IMG/VR virus record: IMGVR_UViG_3300021420_000030
DNA: 64,000 nucleotides
Direction: 5' to 3' (one strand)
Source of the DNA: an uncultured virus (IMG/VR IMGVR_UViG_3300021420_000030)
Taxonomy: Duplodnaviria > Heunggongvirae > Uroviricota > Caudoviricetes
Of this stretch, positions 27,972-38,869 are shown in pieces. Position 1 is the stretch's first letter, and the number at the start of each line of letters is the position of its first letter. The notes under the pieces are model-generated. The model saw only the letters and a list, made by a program, of their open reading frames with translations, made no database searches and had not been told where the DNA came from. A program made the position numbers and the translations under genes.

Positions 27972-29980
27972 TATCGCACCACGTCTCCGTTTTCGTTATA
28001 CCAGTGGCCATTCGACCCATAGATATAATTCCCTTGAGCATCCTGCCGCCGCTGCTCCCAGCCTCCCTTGATCGTTAGTAGCTGCGCCGCCTTCTGATAA
28101 AAGTCCTTCTCCCCCTGCGGCACACTAAAGTAATGCGATACCGTCACCATCGGCTCATTAATCAGCGTGGCGATCTTGTCATAGAACCCCTTTGAATCAT
28201 TAACACCACCGACTCCAGGGACCGGCAACTCTTTCTCCATGAGGCTGGTGGAGAACTGCAAACTACTGCCACTAGTCACAGCCCGGAATCCAACGACGGT
28301 TCCGTAGGCTCCAATCAGCCGGGTCAGTAATTGTTTCTGTGGCTCGGATAATGGAGCCATGGCCTGCTCGATGGCGGTGGTTTCCGCAGCCGCATGGAGC
28401 TGCGGCAGCCCGAGGTAGGTGCTCACAATATCCGGTATGGATCCCGGACTGATCGATGTCCCCAGGAACCCAAGGGCCGCCTTCGGCCCTTCACGGCTTT
28501 CAATATTCCCCAACTGTTGGACGATGACCCGGAATGCATCACCAACGACCTGCCGCGTCTTTGGATCATCGTATAAACTCGCGAAGCTCGACAGCGGCTT
28601 CCATGACGGATTTTCCGGAGAACCGATGAGCATCGAGATGGCGGGGCGCAACGCCTGCATCTTATTCTGCTCACGATTAAACACCGACCGGTCGACGCTC
28701 CCCGGAGGCGACTGAACCGTTCCCGGACGCTGACCCTGTCCAGGAGCGGGCAATGCAACAGAGCCCGGAGGCGGAGATGGAGGCTCCGCCCCCATCGGCC
28801 CAGCCGGTGGTGGGCCACCAGTCGCCGAAGGACCACCCGTAAACGGCGTCGGTGAAATGCTGCTGCCAAATGCAGGCATGTTCACCTGATTTCCATAGGG
28901 CGTTGGCGTGAACAGCCCGGTCGATGGAGGCGGAATATTCGGTGTCGTTGTACTCACGCCGGGTCCATACGTTGGCTTACCGTCCGGGCCAACCCCTGTC
29001 GAATATGGCCGAACGGACGTGTATCCTGGCCTGGCGGGAGCGATCGCCGGACCATAGTTTCGCCCAATCGTTCCCCCGACCGGATTAAACCCCACGTTGG
29101 AGCCCTGAAAATTCTTAATCTGCGTGGGCTGGGTGACCAATTCATACCGGTTGCTATCGATATGACGCAACACTTGATCGGGCCTGAACTTGCTAAGGTC
29201 CAGGACCTTCCCATCCGGGCCCCACGGTTCGTGATACGCCCCGGTCTTTACAGCATCCGTTAGCTCACCAACCGTAATCTCGCCGCCATTGCGAATGGCA
29301 AAGAACGGCGCTTTACCCATGACCTGCTGATAGGACGTGTACTGACCCGTATTCGGGTCAATGTAGTGCATGGTGGCGACCCGCAGTCGGCTCTCCGGAT
29401 CATTGGGATCCTGCATCGTCCCGATATCGAGCTTCTGGGGTATCGCTGCACGATACTTGATCCCCTCTAGCGGCCCTGCTTCCTTTGCAAGCGAGTGCTG
29501 CCTCTCCTGTGCAATCTGCTGCTCAAAGGGAAGCTGCTGGAACATTGACTGCATATGGGGTGGCGGCGCGGGAGGCTGTACCGTCTGAGGATTTACTTCC
29601 GCCTGAGCGTATCCCTGAGGCGCTCCGGGACTGCCACCGGAGCCATCGGGAGATGGTGGCGCAGATGGCGCTCCCGGAGATGGAGGCGTCCCCGGCGTTC
29701 CCGGTGCCTGAATGGATGGCGGCTTCGGTGGCTGCACCTGGATCGTGAAGTTCTTTTCCTCCTTCGATTCCTTGGTAAAGTTTCCGTTATCGTCGATGAT
29801 GGGGATCAGCGCACGCCGGGCCATTTCCGAACGGGCTTCAGCGGGATAGCGTTCATCATCGGCAAACTTGGCGTACTGCTGACGGCGGGAAAGCGCGTCC
29901 TCATACTGCATCTGCAAGATGTTCTTGTAGTGCTCGTGTGCCGCGTCCTGCCATCCTGCGAATACGTTAGCGAATCCCAT
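27971..29980 (-). CDS. Pro-rich putative internal virion (ejection) protein
   Basis: 669 aa; position and composition. Confidence 0.55.
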   Translation of the reverse strand: MGFANVFAGWQDAAHEHYKNILQMQYEDALSRRQQYAKFADDERYPAEARSEMARRALIPIIDDNGNFTKESKEEKNFTIQVQPPKPPSIQAPGTPGTPPSPGAPSAPPSPDGSGGSPGAPQGYAQAEVNPQTVQPPAPPPHMQSMFQQLPFEQQIAQERQHSLAKEAGPLEGIKYRAAIPQKLDIGTMQDPNDPESRLRVATMHYIDPNTGQYTSYQQVMGKAPFFAIRNGGEITVGELTDAVKTGAYHEPWGPDGKVLDLSKFRPDQVLRHIDSNRYELVTQPTQIKNFQGSNVGFNPVGGTIGRNYGPAIAPARPGYTSVRPYSTGVGPDGKPTYGPGVSTTTPNIPPPSTGLFTPTPYGNQVNMPAFGSSISPTPFTGGPSATGGPPPAGPMGAEPPSPPPGSVALPAPGQGQRPGTVQSPPGSVDRSVFNREQNKMQALRPAISMLIGSPENPSWKPLSSFASLYDDPKTRQVVGDAFRVIVQQLGNIESREGPKAALGFLGTSISPGSIPDIVSTYLGLPQLHAAAETTAIEQAMAPLSEPQKQLLTRLIGAYGTVVGFRAVTSGSSLQFSTSLMEKELPVPGVGGVNDSKGFYDKIATLINEPMVTVSHYFSVPQGEKDFYQKAAQLLTIKGGWEQRRQDAQGNYIYGSNGHWYNENGDVVR

Positions 29981-29994
29981 GAATTAAAAATTCC

Positions 29995-30735
29995 TTACTG
30001 AACCGGACCGACAAAACTAGAATCGCCAGGCTGCGGATTACTGCCGCCTCCACCTCTGCCACCAAAAAGTCCTGGAAACTGCTTTTGTAACGCAGGCATC
30101 CCATACTGCTGGAACATACTGAATAAGCCGCCGCCTATAGCCTGACCCTGCTTCGCCGCCAAATCCACCGCCTGCTGCTGCTGACCGAGGATACTCTGCC
30201 CCGCCACCGTCGACCCATAAAGGGCATTCGTCGCCTGTCCCAAGATATTGGACCCGGCTCCGGCTGCCGACTGAGCGGTACTCAATAACCCCTGTGCCGC
30301 TTGCGGCCGTGCGGTCTGGAAGAGATTGGTGATGGCCCCCTGCCGGGCAAAAGTCTGATCTCCGGCGATGTCGGCACGAGGACCACCCCGAGGCGTTAAG
30401 GTTGCCGAAGTCTGCTGGGCGGTATTGAATCCCCGGTTGATCTGGCCAATCTCGGGAGCCAGCGCCGAGGCCATTGCCCCCTGATTGCCGGAGAGGATCT
30501 TCGAGTAGTAATCGGTGACCGGCTGGTACCCCTGAGTGGCCATTCCCAGGAGGTTCTGCCCCTGAGGGATCAGGCTTCCCGCATTGGCCTGCTGGGTGGC
30601 CATGGTATTCTGGTCGGCTCCCAGCACTCCCTGTTGTAGGGCCGTTGGCTTCGCTGGCTTATTGAATAAGCCGCCAATCAGCGAACTACCGATACTGCCT
30701 GCCGCCGCTATGCCCAGTGGAGCAAGAAATGGCAT
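29995..30735 (-). CDS. Putative DNA ejection/pilot protein
   Basis: Ala/Gly/Gln-rich with hydrophobic N-terminus (GIAAAGSIGSSLIGGLF). Confidence 0.6.
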   Translation of the reverse strand: MPFLAPLGIAAAGSIGSSLIGGLFNKPAKPTALQQGVLGADQNTMATQQANAGSLIPQGQNLLGMATQGYQPVTDYYSKILSGNQGAMASALAPEIGQINRGFNTAQQTSATLTPRGGPRADIAGDQTFARQGAITNLFQTARPQAAQGLLSTAQSAAGAGSNILGQATNALYGSTVAGQSILGQQQQAVDLAAKQGQAIGGGLFSMFQQYGMPALQKQFPGLFGGRGGGGSNPQPGDSSFVGPVQ

Positions 30736-31083
30736 CTATGTCACCTGTCCTTCAAACACCTTATACGGCGTTTCTTTCATCCCCACATGGGTCGCCATCC
30801 GATCCACGATTTCTTTGTCCGAGAAGACGAAAAAGTGCAACCCCTTGTCAGCCTTCACGGCCTCGTATAAAGTTTCGTAGAGCCGGGCGAAGCTGGCCTT
30901 CGGAGACTTCAGAACGAGCGGCTCCATATGCAACGTCAGCTGCAGGAACAGCACTCCGGTGATGGCACCGGAGTCATCCTCGGCCACGGCGGCACTGGCG
31001 GTATCGGGATGCGGGATGAACTTTTTGTCCATGACGCTGCCCAAGCGATCCCACTCCGAATGATCCAGGATCCGGTATTTCAC
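30736..31083 (-). CDS. Putative GNAT-fold protein
   Basis: Size, position before ejection genes, beta-alpha pattern. Confidence 0.4.
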   Translation of the reverse strand: MKYRILDHSEWDRLGSVMDKKFIPHPDTASAAVAEDDSGAITGVLFLQLTLHMEPLVLKSPKASFARLYETLYEAVKADKGLHFFVFSDKEIVDRMATHVGMKETPYKVFEGQVT

Positions 31084-31337
31084 GAGACTCCTTTAATCCG
31101 CGCCTGCTCTTTGGTCAGGTACTCGATGATGGCCCTGGCCTCCTGAATCGACGCTTCGTTCGCTTTCATCTGCTCGTCCCGGCGCATGTACTTGTTCAAC
31201 TTGAACAGACAGACCGCCTCCTGTTCAAACTTGTGCATTTCGCCCAACTGTTTCTCGATCCATTGCAGTTCCACATCGGGATCGAGTACCGTCTGGCCCA
31301 CGTAGTCGTGAATCCGCTGGAGTTCGTCTTCGTTCAT
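31080..31337 (-). CDS. Hypothetical protein
   Basis: Coupled ORF. Confidence 0.55.
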   Translation of the reverse strand: MNEDELQRIHDYVGQTVLDPDVELQWIEKQLGEMHKFEQEAVCLFKLNKYMRRDEQMKANEASIQEARAIIEYLTKEQARIKGVS

Positions 31338-31354
31338 GGTGCCATCATACTCCT

Positions 31355-31651
31355 TTACTGAGCGGTGCCTAAGCCATACACCCAACGGCAGTAGGAGCGG
31401 AAATCGTAGGCCACTTGAACCGTCGCCGCTCCGGTGAATACCGTGCTCAATGTGTTCAGGTCGTTGAAGGCTCCACGCAGGTTCGCGATATCCACTGTCG
31501 TGTAGCCCAACGCCGTCAACGCTGCGTCATTCTGAGCAATCAGCCATGTATTGAACGCCGCTGCCTGCCGCAACAGATTCGTGATGTCGCGCGTCAGTTG
31601 GCCGGACAGTTGATCGACATCCAGTTTTGCGGGTTGTAATCCGAGTGACAT
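31355..31651 (-). CDS. Hypothetical protein (tail-fibre associated)
   Basis: AAGGAG RBS, follows the fibre gene. Confidence 0.6.
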   Translation of the reverse strand: MSLGLQPAKLDVDQLSGQLTRDITNLLRQAAAFNTWLIAQNDAALTALGYTTVDIANLRGAFNDLNTLSTVFTGAATVQVAYDFRSYCRWVYGLGTAQ

Positions 31652-31665
31652 AATGATTCTCCTTT

Positions 31666-33420
31666 CTAGCCGAGCTGCCGGATATACCCTTCGCAACTAT
31701 ACGTTCCCGTGAAAACAGTGACGGTCGTGGCGATTGTAATCACGGCGTTCGCCTGCACCCTGATATGCAACGGGATGCCTTCAAACGCCCCCGTTGCGCC
31801 GATCGCCGTTCCTAGAGTGCCGGTCACCGATGAAAAATTGAAGACCGCCGTTCGGGAGGTTCCACCTTCATCTTTGTAGGTGACTTGAGTATTGATCGTC
31901 CCTGCGGTGAATGCCGTCACCAGAATGTTGACACTGACAATAAAGGTTCCGTCCGCCGCTCCATTCGTGTATGTAGCAACAGAGGCATTCGCCGCTGTTT
32001 GCCCGGTTGCGCGGCCGCTACCGTAGATGGCTGGAACGCCTAAGCCGACCGTCGCCACATTGCTGTACGACGCAATTTTGTTATTGACCGTGATGTTTCC
32101 GGAGCTATTGAGGATCAGCACGTCGCTGCCTGAGTTTGTGCTGTTTGCGCTGGCAACGCGAAAATGGATGGAATTATTTGCTGCCGTCGCCGCTCCGGTA
32201 CTGTCGATATAGAAACCTCCCGCATAATTCCAGAGGCTGACTTCCTTTAAGGTGTCACTCGTGTTCCGCAGCAACAGAGCACCTCCAGTGGAACCGGAAA
32301 TCGCAAGATTTTGACTGGATGTGGTATTGAACAGGGGCGCAATACTGGTTGTTCCCACACCGACGTTACCGGCGAATACAGAAGTCCCGCTGAGTACATT
32401 GATCGCATAGTTGTTCGTGGCCCCTGTCGGTGCAGCGATGCGGATAGCCGTCGCATTGGTTGTGGTGGCGGGAGCAGTAAATGCGGCACTATCAATTCCG
32501 ACAGCATCGGTGACCGATGATGCGCCTGCGGTAAACGACAGCCCAATTTCAAGCCCCGCCAAAACCGAGTGCGTTCCGGACCCGGCTTTCGCAAAGACCG
32601 TGTTCATGTAGAAACCATAACTGCTGGTTCCTGCGAGGGGCTGCAACGTGGTTGCCTGATAGATGCCGACCGGGGTCGACGCCGGAAACGAACCAGCGAT
32701 ATATAACTGCGCGTTGGCTAAGGCAGAGCCGCCAATGACGTGTGGTCCAACACCAGAAACGATCAAGTTCTCATTGACCGTCAGCCGTCCTGCTGTCCCA
32801 CTTGCGGCAACCCCCACACCGATAGAGCCAAATTGCACGTTGCTCGATGTTGCAATCGACTGCGGCAACGAAAGCGTAATTGCACCAGTAGATGCCGACG
32901 CATTCACCTGATTCGGCGTGCCGGTAATGGATGTCACGCCTCCCGTGGTTGCCGTAATCGTCACGGCTCCGGTAGCACCGGAAATGCTGATCCCCGTACC
33001 TGCTACAATCGACGTCACGCCGGAATTGGTGATCGTCACCGCGCCGGTTGCTCCACTCACGCTGATGCCGGTTCCCGCGACATTGGAGGTAACGCCGGTA
33101 TTGGCAAGAGTCAGCGATCCACCCAATGCCACAAGGCCACCGCCGCTTAAGCCCGTACCCGTATTGATGGTCACCCCGCCCCCTCCGGGCAGTACGTTAT
33201 TGGTAATATTCGGCAGCAGGCTTCCCGTATTTAAGGGATTGGTCCCCGTCGCCTGTAGCGCAGTGCGTAGAATGGGTGCCAGTTGACTGGCCAGCTGATT
33301 CAGATCCGGCGGCTGAGCGGCCGAGGACAACGCCGTGCCCAGCTGGGTCCGAACCTGCTGAAACACCCGCTCCAGCTTTGCGGGCGTCTTCATATCCTCA
33401 ACAGTGAATGTCAATGGCAC
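31666..33420 (-). CDS. Tail fibre-like protein
   Basis: Tandem GVTS.VAGTGIS.SGATGAVTIT repeats; Thr/Gly/Ala-rich. Confidence 0.75.
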   Translation of the reverse strand: MPLTFTVEDMKTPAKLERVFQQVRTQLGTALSSAAQPPDLNQLASQLAPILRTALQATGTNPLNTGSLLPNITNNVLPGGGGVTINTGTGLSGGGLVALGGSLTLANTGVTSNVAGTGISVSGATGAVTITNSGVTSIVAGTGISISGATGAVTITATTGGVTSITGTPNQVNASASTGAITLSLPQSIATSSNVQFGSIGVGVAASGTAGRLTVNENLIVSGVGPHVIGGSALANAQLYIAGSFPASTPVGIYQATTLQPLAGTSSYGFYMNTVFAKAGSGTHSVLAGLEIGLSFTAGASSVTDAVGIDSAAFTAPATTTNATAIRIAAPTGATNNYAINVLSGTSVFAGNVGVGTTSIAPLFNTTSSQNLAISGSTGGALLLRNTSDTLKEVSLWNYAGGFYIDSTGAATAANNSIHFRVASANSTNSGSDVLILNSSGNITVNNKIASYSNVATVGLGVPAIYGSGRATGQTAANASVATYTNGAADGTFIVSVNILVTAFTAGTINTQVTYKDEGGTSRTAVFNFSSVTGTLGTAIGATGAFEGIPLHIRVQANAVITIATTVTVFTGTYSCEGYIRQLG

Positions 33421-33423
33421 GGA

Positions 33424-36400
33424 TTATCCCTGTACATTGGCAAAGTCGGCAAACACCCGCATTTCCTGATAAGCCGATGGCGAAGCCCATTCCTTCACTT
33501 GAATAAAGGAATCCCGGGTATCGAGTTGAAAGGAGTTCGCACAGAAGATCCGGACCACGTAAACTTTTCCTTTGTAAACCGGAAACCGCCCTACGGTCAT
33601 CAGCTGAACTCCCCCGCTATTGGGAATGGTAATCGCGGGTTGGGCCACCCCGTCGACCACGGCAACCATCGTTAAATCTACCGTAGATACGTGCGTGATC
33701 CGATACCAGCCGAGCGACTTGTAATTGCGCAAACCAAACGTGGAGGGCGAAATCTCCCAGGACTGAGCAAGGATGGGTGCCGAGGCAAACGTAAATCGGG
33801 GTTCCCAGACATAAAGAAGAACATTCGAGCCAGCACTAAAACTCCATTTAATATCCAGCCCGACATTGGTCGCCATCTGCCAAGAGTTGGTAGCGGGGAT
33901 GTAGGTGGGCACCTGGATCTGACTGCGCCCGGTAAAGGTGGTCACCGTTGTGAATGGCGGGGTCCCGGTATTGTTGTTGATCGTTGGAGCCAGGACCACG
34001 GTCTGCCCATTGGCGTTCATGTCGACCATGATGTCCCCGTAGAGTTTCTGCTCGCGGGGAGATCCTTGATCCCGGGATGGGGTCAGGACCTCGCAGGCAA
34101 TTGGAATAATGGCGCCCACGACGGGAGAATCCGGAATAACAGGCAGAAATTGATAGAACTGCCCACCTCCCGTACCGAGCAGATCCGCACCGCCCGCATA
34201 CAAATTGTGACTCGCCCCGGCCTGCGCAGTAGCGGGAACTGTACCTTCATCCCCATAATAAAAGACCGGCCCTGGGGTATCATAAAACCAACCATCGACC
34301 ATCGTGGAATAGATCAGCGTTCGCCGGAGACCATTCAGATCCAGATACGTGAAGTAGATATAGCCATCATAGAATTCCATCCGCATGGATGCGGCATTGG
34401 CGGCAATGACGTTGGGGGCCTGCACCCCATTGACGCTTACCCCGACATTGCCTTCATTGGGAAACAATGGAAACAGATCCCGATCCGTCATGGAGACGGA
34501 AGGACCGCCATCGGTTTTATAGATTCCGTTGCGGCCAAGAAACGGAATAAAGGAACCCTTTAACCCGTAGAGGGGAATCGCCCAGCGGGAAAATAGGCCC
34601 ACGCCATCCGGGATTTCCTGATAGGTCCATGGTTGGGCTGGAAGACCCGTGGGGAGGATCTCAAACATCCGGTCGCTGGAAAACAGCATGTTGCGGGCGT
34701 TGAAGGCTACCCCATTCATCAGGGGCTCCGAGGGCGGGGTGACATCCAGATAACCCCAATCGAGGGAGGTCCCATCCGGATTCACAAAGGAAAGTTCTGT
34801 CGTTTCCGATGCCCGCTTGGAATAATAGAGCCGCCCGCCATTGGTGTTATCCCCGCAGGCAAAAAAGGTGTCTTCCGAGATCCAGAGGCAGGCCAGGTTC
34901 TGCGCCAGCAAGGTCGGAGAATCGATGCGCCAGGGCACCGCTCCGAGTGTCGTCGCATTCTCGACCAGTTCCAGAAGTGATGTGGAAATCACCCGATAGA
35001 TCGTGTACGCCACTTGATTGATGAGAATCCGGGTGCCTGGAGCCCATGCCAGATTGAAGTTGGCTCCAGAATCGAGTACCGTGGTTCCCGTCACCTGAGC
35101 CGTCGTTCCCGCTCGGGGCACGTCCTGGATCGGCCACATCTGATAATCGGCATTTACCGAATCGGGGTTTCCCGCAACGGAAGTATCCGGATAGATATCG
35201 CTGAGGGCGTTGTTGGCCGAGTTATTGATTGTCCCGACATATTTCCAGGAAGGGATTGAGCCCCCAAAGCGGGCAATGTCCAGTACAAAGTCCCCGGCCG
35301 AACCCGAGAATGCCGAGCCGGAACCTGCCGGGGGTAGTGGATACTGGGTCGGTGTCCCCGGATACGGAGTGACAATGACCTGCTGGCGGAAGGCGTCGGT
35401 GCCGCCACGGATGGCGGGGGACCAATTGGAGGACACATTGGTCACCGGATGGCGGGCCCGAAAGCGGTAGAGATAGGGCGAGGCGGTCGGATCGGTCGAG
35501 TCGGGACCGTAACCCCCACCCACCCACCAGGAATCCATATCCACATTGACGTTGCCGGTAACGGTAAAGACCAGCTGGATGGCGGCCACATTGGCCAAGG
35601 TCCGGGTGGCATCGGTCCCCACCCGCGTGAGTTGGTTCAGGCTGAACTGGACTTCCGACCACTGGATATCGCCCAATCCCAGTTCCGCGCTGACCGCCGT
35701 ATTGGAGCCAAACATGCCGGTGGAATCGGGCAAGCCTCCCTGTTGTTCCGCTGTCGCTTGGGCCACGCCGGAGACCACCAGCTGCGTGGCATCGTCGGGA
35801 GAGAATCCGAGCCCTTCCAGAACATTCACCTGATCGCCAAAAGACAATGCATTGAAGTTGGGCGGCAGGATATCTCGAATCACAATCGGGGAGTTGGTGA
35901 TGGTATTTTGAATCACCTGTTGCCGGGTGGCAATCAAGGTGGCCAGGTTACGGACAGCGGGCGTCAAATCTCCGGCCCGGAGAGTGTAGGTAAAGAAATT
36001 CCTAGTGAAATCGTTGATCGAGGTATCCACATCCAGCTGGACTTTAATCTCCGTCACCAGATCCGGCCGGTCGGTTCGCAAAGAAATGTGCATCAGATCG
36101 TCGGAGGTAATCGGGATTCCTGTACCAAAGAGCGAGAGGTCTTGATTGACCCAACCCGCATTGGTCGCGATACTCTGCCGCAGATACCCCGGAGCCCCCG
36201 TCGTCACGGCCGTGCGGATACCGTCAATCCGTACCGTTTCCCCGGTGCTATGGGCGTTCACGGTATAGGTCCGGATCGTGGCCAGCAGCTGCACCGCATC
36301 GGCGGCGACCCAGGTTCCCACGGTCGATACCCGGAGCGATGTCGAGCCATCCGGACCCAGAACCACCGCCAACACTCGGGCGTTCTCGGTCCCGGCCACC

Positions 36401-37281
36401 GTCGTATCCCGGATCATGGAGTTCACTTCAGCCTGGATCAGGGCGGTGCTGAGAACGATGGAACACAATCCAGACGTCCCGGAATCGTAGATGATCGAGC
36501 CAATCGTCGTCGCTCCCGATACCGGATGGACCTCTTGAGCGACAACCGTTTCTTCCGTGCCCCCGGCACCCGCGTTGACATCGAGACGTTCCCCTACCCC
36601 TACACCCACCATGGACGAGAGACTCATCAGGCACCAGCCGGTCGTGCCGGTATCGTACAGAATCTGCGTGATGGTTCCCGTGGTTCGGTAGCCCGGACCC
36701 GCGCTGAGTAACGATGGTGCGCCCGCATCCCCGGTATTGGCCCAGACGGCCGTCGTCGTAAAGTCGCTGACCACTTTATAGCGGGGAATACCCAACGCGA
36801 CCGTTGGAGCGTTGGCCGGAGCCGGAAGCCCGATCGTGTGCAGGGCCCCATCCCGGCGGATCTTGCGCATCCGCAGCCGGTCGGCAATATACATCCACGG
36901 GTCCGGTGAACTTTCCGGACGGTAAGGGACTAGAGCCAACGGATCTCCGGAATAACCGGAATCGGTATCCGTTGATGGATTGGTGTGGATGAGCGTCGGT
37001 GTCGGCACCACCGCCACATGGGTTCCGGTCCCGACGATATAGGCATCGGCCGCGTTGCGTGGATCGGCCAGATGCCGGATGGAATGGGTGGGCGTCTGGG
37101 CCGATACCACAATGCACAGACCGTAGGCTCCCGGCCGACAGACCAGTTCTCCAAATGGAGTCGATCGCAAGTTCTGAAGAAACGGAAACTTACCCGGCGG
37201 CATCATGTCAATAGGCGTATTCAAGCCTAGGCCGGTCGAGGTAAACCGATTGGAGTCTTCCTGGTACTTGACGTCAGGCAT
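33424..37281 (-). CDS. Large tail protein (nozzle / tubular protein B-like)
   Basis: About 1285 aa from ATG 37281; RLYYS motif; position after adaptor genes. Confidence 0.6.
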   Translation of the reverse strand: MPDVKYQEDSNRFTSTGLGLNTPIDMMPPGKFPFLQNLRSTPFGELVCRPGAYGLCIVVSAQTPTHSIRHLADPRNAADAYIVGTGTHVAVVPTPTLIHTNPSTDTDSGYSGDPLALVPYRPESSPDPWMYIADRLRMRKIRRDGALHTIGLPAPANAPTVALGIPRYKVVSDFTTTAVWANTGDAGAPSLLSAGPGYRTTGTITQILYDTGTTGWCLMSLSSMVGVGVGERLDVNAGAGGTEETVVAQEVHPVSGATTIGSIIYDSGTSGLCSIVLSTALIQAEVNSMIRDTTVAGTENARVLAVVLGPDGSTSLRVSTVGTWVAADAVQLLATIRTYTVNAHSTGETVRIDGIRTAVTTGAPGYLRQSIATNAGWVNQDLSLFGTGIPITSDDLMHISLRTDRPDLVTEIKVQLDVDTSINDFTRNFFTYTLRAGDLTPAVRNLATLIATRQQVIQNTITNSPIVIRDILPPNFNALSFGDQVNVLEGLGFSPDDATQLVVSGVAQATAEQQGGLPDSTGMFGSNTAVSAELGLGDIQWSEVQFSLNQLTRVGTDATRTLANVAAIQLVFTVTGNVNVDMDSWWVGGGYGPDSTDPTASPYLYRFRARHPVTNVSSNWSPAIRGGTDAFRQQVIVTPYPGTPTQYPLPPAGSGSAFSGSAGDFVLDIARFGGSIPSWKYVGTINNSANNALSDIYPDTSVAGNPDSVNADYQMWPIQDVPRAGTTAQVTGTTVLDSGANFNLAWAPGTRILINQVAYTIYRVISTSLLELVENATTLGAVPWRIDSPTLLAQNLACLWISEDTFFACGDNTNGGRLYYSKRASETTELSFVNPDGTSLDWGYLDVTPPSEPLMNGVAFNARNMLFSSDRMFEILPTGLPAQPWTYQEIPDGVGLFSRWAIPLYGLKGSFIPFLGRNGIYKTDGGPSVSMTDRDLFPLFPNEGNVGVSVNGVQAPNVIAANAASMRMEFYDGYIYFTYLDLNGLRRTLIYSTMVDGWFYDTPGPVFYYGDEGTVPATAQAGASHNLYAGGADLLGTGGGQFYQFLPVIPDSPVVGAIIPIACEVLTPSRDQGSPREQKLYGDIMVDMNANGQTVVLAPTINNNTGTPPFTTVTTFTGRSQIQVPTYIPATNSWQMATNVGLDIKWSFSAGSNVLLYVWEPRFTFASAPILAQSWEISPSTFGLRNYKSLGWYRITHVSTVDLTMVAVVDGVAQPAITIPNSGGVQLMTVGRFPVYKGKVYVVRIFCANSFQLDTRDSFIQVKEWASPSAYQEMRVFADFANVQG

Positions 37282-38656
37282 TGGCCGGAGCCCCTTGCAA
37301 GGCACCCAGTCCCAGCGGGTCCTCCGAGCGCCGCCGGATCTCTTTATGGAGTCTGGTGGATTGGGCGGAAGCAATCGCGGAGGTTCGGGCGGCCGCACTC
37401 AGCCGCTGGTTATAGGTCAGGGCCTGCTGGATAAACGACTGCGCCTGTTTCTGGGTCGAGGCCCACTCCTCACCACCGACCTTGAATAACGCCAGATGTT
37501 CGGCATAATCGAGAATCATGTCCACCTGCTCCCGCCCCAGCTGAATGGGGTCGGTATCGGCATAGGTCGGTGTGGCACGGACCACATCCATGGTGACGCT
37601 ATAGGCTTTATCCGGAACCGCGCTCAAGGCAATCATGCCGATCGAGACGAGCACGATATCCTGGACCGGATTCGAGCCATCGGCCGTGATGTTTTCCCAG
37701 TTGGGGTTGGAACTATCCATCTCCTGAAGGGTCACCGGAATCATGGGAACACCATTGAGTTCGGTGTGGAGGATCACCGGCAGCACCCGCGCCAGCTTCA
37801 CATAGAGCTGATACATCGACTCGGCCGCCTGTGCCCGGGGTTGATCCCGGGCCGGACCGTCTTTACCGAGAAGATCAGAGAGGGCACCCCACTTGATCGC
37901 CGGGGTCAGATCATCGGGAAGATCGAGAATCGTCGGCCCCGAGGCGGGATTCAGTGTTGTGGAGTTGATCGTCAGGAGCTCCAGATGTCCACTCGATATC
38001 GGAATCGGAGCCAGCTGCAGCTGTAGTGGCGGGGGGGCCATGATGGAATAGGCTTCCGGAGTTCCCGGATTCACCGACCAGCCTTGATCGGCTGCCGTCA
38101 GCAACCGCTCATCCTCGCGCCACAGGGTCGTGAAATAGTTCTGTGGCGAGGCTCCTTGCCACGCCACCCGCCGCACATCGATAATCGATTGATCCAGTAC
38201 TTGTCGGCCAATCGGGGGAGAGGCGACATTCACCACCGTCCGATGCATCCCGAGGCCGGTATCGGCATGAAACTGATTCAGCCGGTTCTGGATGGCATTC
38301 GCCAGATCGTTATAGGCAAACATATCGGTCCCGGCCCATGCGGACTGGCTGGACGCATTCTCCAGCAGCGCGTACTGCAGTTGCTGGATGACGTACTGAT
38401 CGGTCACCACATGGCCCCGGATCAGCTGACCGGAACCGTTTTTCAGTACCGGACCAAAATCATAGAAGGCGGTATTGGCAACAGAAGCGAAGGTCCCACG
38501 ATCCCGCCAGAAAGCGGAGCATAGTCCAAAGGCCCGCAAGGCTTCGGTCAGCAACAGACCGAGTTCCGCATTCACCCAGAATATTTGATTCGAGTCACTC
38601 AGCCGAAGGGCCAGCTGGGTCTTGAGTTGGGCGAAGGTCGAGTAACTATAAGGCAT
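37274..38656 (-). CDS. Head-tail adaptor-like protein
   Basis: TFAQLKTQL...RL...D...FW, GTPEAY motifs, apparently duplicated. Confidence 0.55.
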   Translation of the reverse strand: MPYSYSTFAQLKTQLALRLSDSNQIFWVNAELGLLLTEALRAFGLCSAFWRDRGTFASVANTAFYDFGPVLKNGSGQLIRGHVVTDQYVIQQLQYALLENASSQSAWAGTDMFAYNDLANAIQNRLNQFHADTGLGMHRTVVNVASPPIGRQVLDQSIIDVRRVAWQGASPQNYFTTLWREDERLLTAADQGWSVNPGTPEAYSIMAPPPLQLQLAPIPISSGHLELLTINSTTLNPASGPTILDLPDDLTPAIKWGALSDLLGKDGPARDQPRAQAAESMYQLYVKLARVLPVILHTELNGVPMIPVTLQEMDSSNPNWENITADGSNPVQDIVLVSIGMIALSAVPDKAYSVTMDVVRATPTYADTDPIQLGREQVDMILDYAEHLALFKVGGEEWASTQKQAQSFIQQALTYNQRLSAAARTSAIASAQSTRLHKEIRRRSEDPLGLGALQGAPANA

Positions 38657-38659
38657 GGG

Positions 38660-38869
38660 TTATTTTGCCGGTTCATCCGTGAGCTTCTTGATTTCCTCGT
38701 CCCTCTTTTTAATTTCCGTGACCAGTGAATTGATGAATGTCTGCGCGTCTTCCAGATCCGCCTTACATACCCCGAGTTTGCTGTACAGCTGTACCGGCGT
38801 CCGCTCCGGGTAGGGAGGAAGCCCCGTCTGCAGCAACACCGAACTGATGACGGCTAAGGCGACCATCAT
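38660..38869 (-). CDS. Small protein with signal anchor and coiled coil
   Basis: Coupled ORF. Confidence 0.5.
   Translation of the reverse strand: MMVALAVISSVLLQTGLPPYPERTPVQLYSKLGVCKADLEDAQTFINSLVTEIKKRDEEIKKLTDEPAK

Noticed and set aside
35449..36711. Long alternative-strand ORFs (also 17168..18232 -, 20696..21643 -, 33691..34563 +, 42141..43004 +, 48285..49169 +)
   Set aside because: Antisense to well-supported genes in GC-rich DNA, with no motifs or RBS
37282..37398. N-terminal extensions in the ORF track (also 40987..41166, 5548..5664, 10151..10216)
   Set aside because: They overlap upstream genes; downstream starts with RBS or coupling are more plausible
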